NCBI GenBank assembly: GCA_038046585.1
Contig: JBBSVX010000016.1
Coordinates: forward strand, 1-51,112
DNA: 51,112 nt
Source: an archaeon
GTDB taxonomy: Archaea > Iainarchaeota > Iainarchaeia > Iainarchaeales > JAAZKV01
Direction of reading: 5' to 3'
Within the stretch, counting starts at the first letter, position 1; the number at the start of each line of letters is the position of its first letter. This document shows positions 9,075 to 16,611 of this stretch, piece by piece. The notes below the pieces were generated by a model, which was not told where the DNA came from, did no database searches, and saw only the letters and a program-made list of their open reading frames with translations. The position numbers and the translations under genes were made by a program.

Positions 9075-12000
9075 TCAAGGGCAGTCGCTGTCCCATGAAT
9101 CTAACCGACCATCATAATCATTGTCAACCCCGTCATCACAGTCAAACTCAATTGCATTTCCATCGCCGTCAAGATCTCCAACCCCTATAGATATTGTATG
9201 ATCCGTAGCTATTGGGAAACTCATTTTAAGCGAAAAGTCGCCCGAGCCGTTATTTAGATAAAGATCATTTGTTTGATCCAGATTTCCAGCCACATAGTCA
9301 AGATCACCATCACCATCAAAATCACCTATTCCAAGCGCCCATGTTTGCTTTGTTTCAACAGAACTATCATACAACGTGAAATTTGCCGAACCATCATTTA
9401 GATAAACATTATTTGTTGCGCTACTTCTACCGGCAATAAAGTCAAGGTCGCCGTCAAAATCCAGGTCGCCGACAGCCAAAGCATAAGTGTAATTATTTGC
9501 AACAGAATCTTCCCATGAACCAACTGAAAAGTTTGCAGAACCATTATTTAAATAAACTCGGTTTTTTCCGTTTGTTATGGAAGAAAGATAATCTATATCT
9601 CCATCGCCATCAAAATCACCCACTGCTGTTCGTGTGCCGTTTGATTCGGTAGCAACCCATGATCCAAGAGAAAAATTAGCCGAGCCGTCGTTGATATACA
9701 CTCTATCTAACCCAGAATTTCCTGCGATATAGTCAAGATCACCATCACCATCAAAATCCCCAACACCTATGCTGCCGGTTGAATCCGATTCAACTGAACT
9801 TGCGTAAAGACTAATATACCCGCTTCCATCATTCAAATATACTCTATTAGGACCCTGGCTATTTGCAGTAATAAAGTCTAGATCACCATCACCATCAAAA
9901 TCGCCCATACCCACTCCATCAGTATAATCCAACAGGGTAGATGTAGTGTGCTGGGAAAAACTTCCTGCACCATTATTTTTGTAAACATATTCCCTCTGGG
10001 GTCCGCCGCTACCCAGACCTTTAGTCACAACAACAGCATCGAGGTCGCCGTCATTATCCAAATCTCCTATTCCTATGCCATAACTATAAACCGCACCGAA
10101 ACTTTGGTAAAGCGTAAAATCAGCTGAACCGCCATTCAAATAAACCCTGTCAGGCTGGTCAATGCTTGTTCCCGCGATAAAATCAAGATCTGGGTCAGGT
10201 AGGCAGTCGCCCAAATTTTTATTCTCCCACATAAGCTTGGGAAAGTCAAAACCATCACATACATTACTCCAATTTGAATCAGTTCCAAAATCACCTATAG
10301 ACCAGGGCATTCCAGAAACATATACCGAATGAGACATATTATAAAAATTTGAATCAAGGTACTCTGTAATACACCCCGGAACTGAGGTTGAATTTACACT
10401 ATCACTAAAATTTGTGTCATTCCAATACAGATCCGAAACCGCCCCCCCTGAATAATACCCAAAACCATCTTTGTATGAACTTGAGGTGTAAACTGATCCT
10501 GAAGAAAATAAATTGTTCATTGCTCCACTGTTTATCTCACCAGCAAATGTTCCCACACGCCCTGATGATCCCCCATAAACAAAATTGCGTGCAGCATAGG
10601 ATTTCACTATTTCACCCCACCCTGAATCAAATTCACCCACAAATCCTCCGCTACCTGAGCCGCTCGCATAAACATTGTTGTTTGAAGAATAACAATTCTC
10701 TATGCTCGTCCAATTAAGCCCTATAAATCCTCCCACATTATCAGTACCACGAATATTATTATCAGAGGCAAATGAGTCAGATATCCTAACCATGCTTCCA
10801 GCAAAACCGAAAAATCCCCCAGTCCCATTGCTCCCCGTACCGGCGCCAAATACAGTATTATTTTTCGAATATGAGTTTGAAACGCTTCCATTATTTGCGC
10901 CGCCAAGCCCGCCAATGTTTCCATTCGTCCAATTACCCCAAATATTATTATCAGTAGATGCAAAACGCGTTATTGTAGCGTCGCCTGACCCAAATGCCCC
11001 CCCACAAGTGCTACCACAAATAATTTTATTTCTGCGAGAGTTTATGTCAGATACGATCACACCGTATACACTTAATGTACCAAATACTCCCCCAGAAACA
11101 CTAGCTGCAATTATATTATTGTCTTCTGAACGAATTCTATTGACCTGTTTGTTTGTGGATTGCATATAATATACGATCCCCGCAGCGGCACCTGTAGGGG
11201 AACTTATATTACTCCTAACAACATAAACATCATTGATCGTACCAACATGATAACTGGCAAGTGCGGCGGAATATGTTTTTGAATTTATATTCGCATCAAT
11301 AAATCCCACATTTTTTAAAACAGATGAACTTTTTGTTGAAGAAAACAAGCTCCCCCCATACTCTGCAGGTCTATTAATGTAAAGCCCATTTATTTCAAAC
11401 CCAGCTCCGTCAAAAGTTCCTGAAAAAGAGTTATTATCAAAAAAACCCGAACAAAAATTGTCATCTCCACAATAACCTATCGGCTCAAATCCAGAGCCCG
11501 TATTGAATGGAGTGATATCACAATTAATATCGTTTATCAAAACATAATTCGCATCAAGATATAGATTCATGTTTTGCATCTGATTGCAATCAGAGATTTG
11601 GTAAGGATTCGCCAAAGAAGCGTTACCTCCTGCAAATTCAATCGGTGGCAATGCAGTAACAAAGTAATTCACATCTATTGCAGAGTTTATGTCTGTTTCT
11701 TCATTGTGGCTCGAACTGTTATCAATGCAATTTACATCCCAAATATATACTCCCGAGCTTGGAAGAGTTCGGTGGAAGCCAGTAAATGGAGCGCTCGAAT
11801 TTGTAACGACTGACAAACCATTAAGGATAAGTTCACATGATTGTATTCCTGATACATCACTCACCGTATAATTGAAATCAACATTTCCATCAGTGTCAAC
11901 CGTGTGATTCGCTGGCGAAGTTAAAGTGATAACAGGCGGAGTGGTGTCAACAACAGTCGTCGCATAATTCAAATCCCTTGGTCCGCCCCAACCAATATTG

Positions 12001-12770
12001 TTGTTTCCGTCCATGCATCTAACTTTCCATTGATGAATCCCTGAAGAAAGCGAAGAAACTCTGAAAGCCAAGTTAACCCCTTCCAAAATCGGAGCATACA
12101 CATTATCAGTAATAGAATCGTCAATGTAGAGTTTGCACCACTCAATAGTACTGTTAACATCGGATACAGTAAAATTCAAATCAACAGGAAGAGAAACAAA
12201 AGCATAGCCGCTCGCTGGAGAAGTAAGGGTGACAACAGGGGGAACATGTTCCTTTCCGCTTGAAAGAACAACCAAATCCCAATCGTCAGTATCAACATTC
12301 AAAACACACTCGACAAGTAGCGTGATCTCCCAATTCTTCTCAAGAGTACTAGAAGAAGTCGCATAAACTTTAACTGTTAAACTCTTTTTTTGACCCACTG
12401 CGGTGCAAATACACGTCGCATCAAGCCCGTCCAAATAAAACAACTTATCATCGCCCGACAAAAGCTGCTCTTCGTAAGGCACAAGAGTGGAACAAGTCTC
12501 AATACCAGTAATCTCAAGACCATCACCCGTATTATTCCTCAAGCCAAAAAAAGCGCCTCCATCCGCATCGGCAACAGCCTCTACAAATCCTATCGGACCA
12601 GACATCGCACTAATACTGCCCGCAGCATTACCAATCTGCTCGGAAGGCGCGCCCAAAAAAGAACTGGCAAAAAATACTACAATCAAACCAATAACTACTA
12701 CAACTGCAACAATAACCAAATACTCAATCGTACCCTGCGCTACAGGTCTCTCAAATGACGAAATTTGCAT
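9075..12770 (-). CDS. giant surface protein with class III (pilin-like) signal peptide, 2 Ig-like domains, GLUG-type repeats, a 7x FG-GAP propeller and a Cys/Asp-rich metal-binding-like C-terminus
   Basis: The N-terminus MQISSFERPVAQGTIEYLVIVAVVVVIGLIV matches the archaeal class III signal pattern (QG.IEYL plus a hydrophobic helix). There are tandem ~95-aa domains starting PPVVTLTSPA / PPVITLTSPA, and G-rich repeats (VGGFIGL..., GGFVGEF...). Seven GDxDGDGDxD...NRVYLNDGSANF repeats follow. The protein ends CDDGVDNDYDGRLDSWDSDCP. ATG at 12770, with the TATA-like ATTATATAT about 35 nt upstream. Confidence 0.85.
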   Translation of the reverse strand: MQISSFERPVAQGTIEYLVIVAVVVVIGLIVVFFASSFLGAPSEQIGNAAGSISAMSGPIGFVEAVADADGGAFFGLRNNTGDGLEITGIETCSTLVPYEEQLLSGDDKLFYLDGLDATCICTAVGQKKSLTVKVYATSSSTLEKNWEITLLVECVLNVDTDDWDLVVLSSGKEHVPPVVTLTSPASGYAFVSLPVDLNFTVSDVNSTIEWCKLYIDDSITDNVYAPILEGVNLAFRVSSLSSGIHQWKVRCMDGNNNIGWGGPRDLNYATTVVDTTPPVITLTSPANHTVDTDGNVDFNYTVSDVSGIQSCELILNGLSVVTNSSAPFTGFHRTLPSSGVYIWDVNCIDNSSSHNEETDINSAIDVNYFVTALPPIEFAGGNASLANPYQISDCNQMQNMNLYLDANYVLINDINCDITPFNTGSGFEPIGYCGDDNFCSGFFDNNSFSGTFDGAGFEINGLYINRPAEYGGSLFSSTKSSSVLKNVGFIDANINSKTYSAALASYHVGTINDVYVVRSNISSPTGAAAGIVYYMQSTNKQVNRIRSEDNNIIAASVSGGVFGTLSVYGVIVSDINSRRNKIICGSTCGGAFGSGDATITRFASTDNNIWGNWTNGNIGGLGGANNGSVSNSYSKNNTVFGAGTGSNGTGGFFGFAGSMVRISDSFASDNNIRGTDNVGGFIGLNWTSIENCYSSNNNVYASGSGSGGFVGEFDSGWGEIVKSYAARNFVYGGSSGRVGTFAGEINSGAMNNLFSSGSVYTSSSYKDGFGYYSGGAVSDLYWNDTNFSDSVNSTSVPGCITEYLDSNFYNMSHSVYVSGMPWSIGDFGTDSNWSNVCDGFDFPKLMWENKNLGDCLPDPDLDFIAGTSIDQPDRVYLNGGSADFTLYQSFGAVYSYGIGIGDLDNDGDLDAVVVTKGLGSGGPQREYVYKNNGAGSFSQHTTSTLLDYTDGVGMGDFDGDGDLDFITANSQGPNRVYLNDGSGYISLYASSVESDSTGSIGVGDFDGDGDLDYIAGNSGLDRVYINDGSANFSLGSWVATESNGTRTAVGDFDGDGDIDYLSSITNGKNRVYLNNGSANFSVGSWEDSVANNYTYALAVGDLDFDGDLDFIAGRSSATNNVYLNDGSANFTLYDSSVETKQTWALGIGDFDGDGDLDYVAGNLDQTNDLYLNNGSGDFSLKMSFPIATDHTISIGVGDLDGDGNAIEFDCDDGVDNDYDGRLDSWDSDCP
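9150..10200 (-). repeat. intragenic tandem coding repeat (7 FG-GAP/VCBS-type blades)
   Basis: The GD(F/L)DGDGD-encoding motif recurs at about 9161, 9298, 9441, 9591, 9732, 9876 and 10038, a spacing of 137-162 bp. Three copies share an identical 23-nt core, agatcaccatcaccatcaaaatc. Confidence 0.85.
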
Positions 12771-12853
12771 GAACAAACTACGCTTCTAAGATATATAATA
12801 ATAGCGATAAAAAGAGCCGGTTCTTACGAGTTGATTAAGAGATTAAAATAGAA

Positions 12854-12883
12854 TGAAGGTCGCCCGTAAGGGCGAGCACTTCA
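12854..12883 (-). terminator. hairpin downstream of the P1 gene (candidate terminator)
   Basis: The inner stem tcgccc/gggcga has a GTAA loop, and an outer stem tgaag/cttca flanks it. On the minus strand a T-rich stretch follows. Confidence 0.4.
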
Positions 12884-12898
12884 GTTTCAAAATAGATT

Positions 12899-13186
12899 TT
12901 ATCCGAACAAAGACCCGAGGCCTGCTGCTGCTTCTTCTTCAGTTTTCTTGTTGTCTTCTTCTTTCTTCTCAGCTACAGGTGCTGCGGCTGCTCCAGCTGC
13001 TACTGGTGCTACTGCTGCCTTTGCTATCGCTTCGTCTATGTTGACGTTCTTGATCGCTGCTACAAGAGCTTTTACTCTTGATTCATCGAACTGGGCGTGT
13101 GCCGATTTCATTACTGACGAAACGTTGCTTTCGTTAACTTCCTGCTTGCTTGAGTGAAGCAACATTGCTGCATATACGTATTCCAT
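12899..13186 (-). CDS. rpl12: ribosomal stalk protein P1 (L12e)
   Basis: [11 protein letters not shown]..., an Ala-rich hinge, an acidic stretch and the canonical tail [20 protein letters not shown] lies upstream of the ATG. Confidence 0.95.
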   Translation of the reverse strand: MEYVYAAMLLHSSKQEVNESNVSSVMKSAHAQFDESRVKALVAAIKNVNIDEAIAKAAVAPVAAGAAAAPVAEKKEEDNKKTEEEAAAGLGSLFG

Positions 13187-13237
13187 TTTTTCACCTCTCG
13201 TTGCTATAAAATTATTTACGCATAACTCCTTTTCATT

Positions 13238-14044
13238 TTACTGTGCCGCTGTTACGGAAGGCTCTGCCTGAGGGGCAGCCGCATCAATTGCTGTCTTGAG
13301 AGCCTTAGCTTCTCTTGCTGCCTTCATTACTATGGCTTCGATTGTTGCGTCTGTGTGGTACTCTGCGTTAACAGCGAGGTTGAATGCCTGCTGGTATGCG
13401 AGAACGAAATTGTTGAACAATTCTTCTTCGTCAACGTCAAGCGCACTTGCCGAGTAGAACTGATTCTCGGTCTTGTCTAAAACTCCGATTATTTTCATTC
13501 CGATTCTTATCGGCTTGATATTTAATTTTCCTAAAACATCAGCAACTTCTTTTGTTATCGGTTCGCCTTTCTTTGTAACTACTTTGTCTTCGGCGATTTG
13601 TATTGTAGCACCCATCTTTATCTTTAAGCCTGCGGCTTTGAGAGTGGATAGTGCTGGTCCTGGAGGAAGTCCAGTGTCCTGTGCAGTAACAAGTATGTCA
13701 AATTCTGCTATGTCTCCGCCTTTTGCTGCTGCTTCTCCTTTGTTCTTCTTTACAAAGCCCCATAGTTCGAATGGGTTTTTCTTTGAAAATATTACTGCAA
13801 CGCTGTTTGTTATGTGAGCGTCGATCTTTGAAGTGTCAATTCCTGATTCTTTGAGAGCTTTTTGTACAACCCTTGTCTTTGCAACAACTATTACTGCTTC
13901 GCCCTGGAGTTTCTTTCTAAGTATTGCAAGTATGTTTGCAGGAAGCTTCTCAAGCGTAGCTACAGCGATAACCGGATATTCCTTTGAAAGCTTGGCAATT
14001 TCTTTGAGCTTAACTTCTTTCCATTTTCTTGTGTGTGATGTCAT
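13238..14044 (-). CDS. rpl10: ribosomal protein uL10 (P0), short form
   Basis: RKWKEVKLKEIAKLSKEYPVIAVATLEKLPANILAILRKKL...VAKTRV is a typical P0 N-domain. The start overlaps the uL1 stop (ATGA). The protein is only 268 aa and ends ...PQAEPSVTAAQ. Confidence 0.9.
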   Translation of the reverse strand: MTSHTRKWKEVKLKEIAKLSKEYPVIAVATLEKLPANILAILRKKLQGEAVIVVAKTRVVQKALKESGIDTSKIDAHITNSVAVIFSKKNPFELWGFVKKNKGEAAAKGGDIAEFDILVTAQDTGLPPGPALSTLKAAGLKIKMGATIQIAEDKVVTKKGEPITKEVADVLGKLNIKPIRIGMKIIGVLDKTENQFYSASALDVDEEELFNNFVLAYQQAFNLAVNAEYHTDATIEAIVMKAAREAKALKTAIDAAAPQAEPSVTAAQ

Positions 14045-14700
14045 TGTGCTTCACCTACTTTTACTGAAGGGCCCATGCTGAGCTTTACGTAAGCATTCTT
14101 TATGTTTTGTTTCTTCTGTGGAAGTGAGTTAAGTACGTTGTCAAATATTGCAACCATGTTTTCTGCGATCTTATTATCGTCCATTTTTTCTGTTCCAACA
14201 ACTGTGTGAACTACCGGCATGAATTTTCCTTTCTTGTTTGAAACAGTGATTTGAGTTCTTGCTTTTGCAAGTGTGTCGTCAAAAGTATTCATGTTAAGTA
14301 TTGGCTTTGGCATTTTTCCTTTTGGAGCAAGCTGTTGTCCAAAGAATCTTGCAACTGTTAGCATTGATGCGCCTTCAGCGAAAAGAGCATCAAAGTTTGC
14401 TATTTCTGCAACTTTTGCCTTGTCTTTTGCGATTGTCTCTATTTCAGAATCAAGAACTACTCTGTCAACTTTTCCCGCAATTTTCTTTGCGAAATCTTCG
14501 TTCTTTGTGAAAACAATAACTTTTCCTGTTCCTTTTCCTGTAGGGTTTGGAAGTTCAACCTTGATGTTCACCTGGTTAACAGGTTTCTTCATGTCTAAGC
14601 CTGTAAAATTAATCATTAGTTCTACTGATTGGGAGAAATTCCTTTTCTTTGAAGTTTCGCGCATTTTTTTCAATGCTGTAACTGCTTCTGTCTGCTTCAT
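14041..14700 (-). CDS. rpl1: ribosomal protein uL1
   Basis: MKQTEAVTALKKMRETSKKRNFSQSVELMINFTGLDMKKP... is typical uL1. I trimmed the ORF to the ATG at 14700, which has AAGGTG 8 nt upstream. Confidence 0.9.
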   Translation of the reverse strand: MKQTEAVTALKKMRETSKKRNFSQSVELMINFTGLDMKKPVNQVNIKVELPNPTGKGTGKVIVFTKNEDFAKKIAGKVDRVVLDSEIETIAKDKAKVAEIANFDALFAEGASMLTVARFFGQQLAPKGKMPKPILNMNTFDDTLAKARTQITVSNKKGKFMPVVHTVVGTEKMDDNKIAENMVAIFDNVLNSLPQKKQNIKNAYVKLSMGPSVKVGEAQ

Positions 14701-14772
14701 TCTAGTACACCTTCCGCCGAAGCGGTATTGCCCCTGCAACGCAAGGACGTCGGCCTAATTAGGCACTTGTCT
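14701..14772 (-). promoter_or_regulatory. structured, GC-rich 5' leader of the uL1-P0-P1 operon (candidate L1 autoregulatory site)
   Basis: On the mRNA strand, the hairpin CCUUGC-GUU-GCAGGG (14732-14746) and the UUCG-capped hairpin CCGC-UUCG-GCGG (14714-14725) lie directly 5' of the SD AAGGUG (14708-14713). Confidence 0.35.
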
Positions 14773-14793
14773 AACAGAAAAACTCTTGTGAAA

Positions 14794-14804
14794 GGTTTTT
14801 AAAT
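14794..14804 (-). promoter_or_regulatory. TATA-like box for the uL1 operon, inside a 9-bp inverted repeat that may also terminate the uL11 transcript
   Basis: Minus-strand ATTTAAAAACC lies about 95 nt upstream of the uL1 ATG. The flanking inverted repeat is aaaggtttt (14791-14799) / aaaaccttt (14811-14819). Confidence 0.4.
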
Positions 14805-14849
14805 GTTCCAAAAACCTTTTCCAAAAATTTTCTTGCTAAAAATAACTAT

Positions 14850-15320
14850 TTACTTGAACTCTGCGTCGTATTTTCCTGTGTTAAATTCTTTGATAGCGTC
14901 TTTTGCTCTCAAACCGTCAATGCTTACTCCCATTGAGTCGCATGTGCCCATTACTTCTTTTGCAGCGGCTTTCATGCTTTTTGCAGTGATGTTGTCGTAC
15001 TTCATCTTTGCGATGCTTATTACTTGTTTCATTGTTAAGTTTCCAACTTTGTCAGCTTTAGGATTTGCTGCGCCTTTTTCTGCCTTGCATTCTTTTTTTA
15101 TGAGTGCGCTCATTGGAGGCATTCCAACTGTTATCTCAAATGATTTGTCTTTGTTTGTTATTATTGTAACTGGAACTTTCATTCCTACAAGTGAAGCTGT
15201 TTTTTCGTTTATTTTTGCAACTACTTCGCCTATGTTTACTCCTGTCGGTCCAAGTGCCGGCCCTAATGGAGCTCCTGCGCTTGCTCTTCCTGCATCAACC
15301 ATTACTTTTAGTTCACCCAT
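14850..15320 (-). CDS. rpl11: ribosomal protein uL11
   Basis: VMVDAGRASAGAPLGPALGPTGVNIGEVVAKINEKT... is the canonical uL11 N-domain. GGGTG lies upstream of the ATG. Confidence 0.95.
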   Translation of the reverse strand: MGELKVMVDAGRASAGAPLGPALGPTGVNIGEVVAKINEKTASLVGMKVPVTIITNKDKSFEITVGMPPMSALIKKECKAEKGAANPKADKVGNLTMKQVISIAKMKYDNITAKSMKAAAKEVMGTCDSMGVSIDGLRAKDAIKEFNTGKYDAEFK

Positions 15321-15359
15321 AATAACACCCTTAAGTTTCTCCTAAAAATCATTTTTCCT

Positions 15360-15797
15360 TTAAGCGAGGACTTTGATATTCTCCGCTTTTATTGTCACAG
15401 GTATTTTCACTGCCGCTTCTAAAAGCTCAACAGTGACTTCTTCCTTAGGAGCATTGACTCTTGTAACTTTTGCTTTTTCTCCCTTGAATGGTCCTGAAAC
15501 AATTTCAACTTTCTGTCCTTCTTGTATGCTCTTCATGAGAGGCTTTGATTCTAGTAAGCTTGAAAGCTCTTCGATATTTACTGCGCCTTTTACTATTCCT
15601 GATCCTTTGATGTGAGGAGTGTCTGTTATTCCTCTTCTTACTGTTACTTCGTTGTCGGCTTCTATTAGGATATATCCTTTTAGTCCGGGAACAACTGAAA
15701 TTGCGTAAATGTTAAGTTCTTCTTTTGAGATTTTTGCGCTGAGTATGTCGACAACCAATTGTTCTTGCCCAACTGTTGTTCTTACAGGGAATATCAT
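15360..15797 (-). CDS. spt5: transcription elongation factor Spt5 (NusG)
   Basis: MIFPVRTTVGQEQLVVDIL... is the NGN domain, and the C-terminal KOW is GQKVEIVSGPFKGEKAKVTRV. I chose the ATG at 15797 because its spacing to GAGG is better. Confidence 0.9.
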   Translation of the reverse strand: MIFPVRTTVGQEQLVVDILSAKISKEELNIYAISVVPGLKGYILIEADNEVTVRRGITDTPHIKGSGIVKGAVNIEELSSLLESKPLMKSIQEGQKVEIVSGPFKGEKAKVTRVNAPKEEVTVELLEAAVKIPVTIKAENIKVLA

Positions 15798-15843
15798 CTT
15801 CATCAACCTCTTTTCGTCCTAATAAAAATAAAAAATTTTCTAG

Positions 15844-16029
15844 TTATGCTCCGATTCCTGAAATTGCAAATATTAGGTATATTATGTAACCCATCATGCC
15901 GATTATTACTATTCCTAGTGCTGTTATGATTGCGATTCTCTTGAATTCTTCCTTGTTGGGTTTTTTTGACACGTAGAATATTCTTCTTGCGTCATCCAAA
16001 AACTTGCTTACGTTTTCAACCGGGTTCAT
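15844..16029 (-). CDS. secE: protein translocase subunit SecE (Sec61 gamma)
   Basis: MNPVENVSKFLDDARRIFYVSKKPNKEEFKRIAIITALGIVIIGMMGYIIYLI has the typical size, charge and single TM segment, and the gene sits in the conserved position upstream of spt5. Trimmed to the ATG at 16029, with GGTGAG upstream. Confidence 0.85.
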   Translation of the reverse strand: MNPVENVSKFLDDARRIFYVSKKPNKEEFKRIAIITALGIVIIGMMGYIIYLIFAISGIGA

Positions 16030-16112
16030 TAACTCACCAAGAATAAACAAAACAGCCAGGAAAACATTTAAAAAGGTCGTGTTATTGGCTACCAAGAAAC
16101 GGGCTTAAATCG

Positions 16113-16430
16113 TCACTTTCTGGCAAACATTACTTTGGCGGCTTCTTTTGCGACTTCTGCCTTGCTAAGTTTTGGCTTGATTGGCTCAAGTCCCTTCCCT
16201 AGTATTCTTACTTTTCCGTTTTCGTGAATTGTCCTTATTTCTGATTGGGGAATTGATCGCTCCATAGTGAGCTTATCATGCGCTCTTGCATAGTTATGAC
16301 CAAACACACCCGCAAGAATCCCAGCAACTATTCCAGCACTTACTATTCTTCGCACAATCTTTCTCTTCTGAGGCAAGCGCTTGCCAAAATCTGCTGTTCT
16401 TTTTTTCCAAAATGCTTGCGGGAGAGGCAT
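16113..16430 (-). CDS. small single-pass membrane protein, unknown function
   Basis: 105 aa with a basic N-terminus, the TM segment IVSAGIVAGILAGVFG and a soluble C-terminal part. A TATA-like TTTTTTATAC lies about 35 nt upstream. Confidence 0.5.
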   Translation of the reverse strand: MPLPQAFWKKRTADFGKRLPQKRKIVRRIVSAGIVAGILAGVFGHNYARAHDKLTMERSIPQSEIRTIHENGKVRILGKGLEPIKPKLSKAEVAKEAAKVMFARK

Positions 16431-16530
16431 AATTGATTACCTGCTTGCGAAGTATAAAAAACTATTTTTCTTACAATTGCGCTGAAAAAATTGACTGGGC
16501 CACGCCAGGAAGAAAATAAAAAAAATAATT

Positions 16531-16611
16531 CTGTTCCAATTGGAACAGATAAAAAAATTGGTCTATCGAGCATTAGCGAAGATAGACCTTTCGCGAGCCT
16601 TAACAAGGCTC
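16531..16611 (-). terminator. three consecutive hairpins 3' of ftsZ, two of them followed by oligo-U
   Basis: Minus-strand order: GAGCCTT-GTT-AAGGCTC (16595-16611, overlapping the stop codon), then GGTCTATC...GATAGACC (16560-16588) followed by T7, then CTGTTCC-AATT-GGAACAG (16531-16548) followed by T8. Confidence 0.5.

Noticed and set aside
9150-10200. A regularly spaced ~140-160-bp DNA repeat that could superficially suggest a repeat array such as CRISPR.
   Set aside because: The repeats are in frame within a long ORF and encode FG-GAP Ca-binding blades. The spacing is variable, there is no short palindromic repeat/spacer structure, and no cas genes are present.
10412-11169. Plus-strand ORFs of 101 and 155 aa antisense to the giant adhesin gene.
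   Set aside because: They are P/L/T-rich translations of the complement of Gly/Ser/Asn-rich repeats. The minus-strand frame is continuous for 1231 codons with recognisable domains.
12853-13157. Plus-strand ORFs of 63 and 69 aa (Leu/Ala-rich) at the P1 locus.
   Set aside because: They are antisense to the Ala/Glu-rich P1 hinge. The first also spans the terminator hairpin.
14803-15345. A 180-aa plus-strand ORF covering the uL11 locus.
   Set aside because: It is antisense to an unambiguous uL11 gene, has hydrophobic low-information composition and lacks an RBS.
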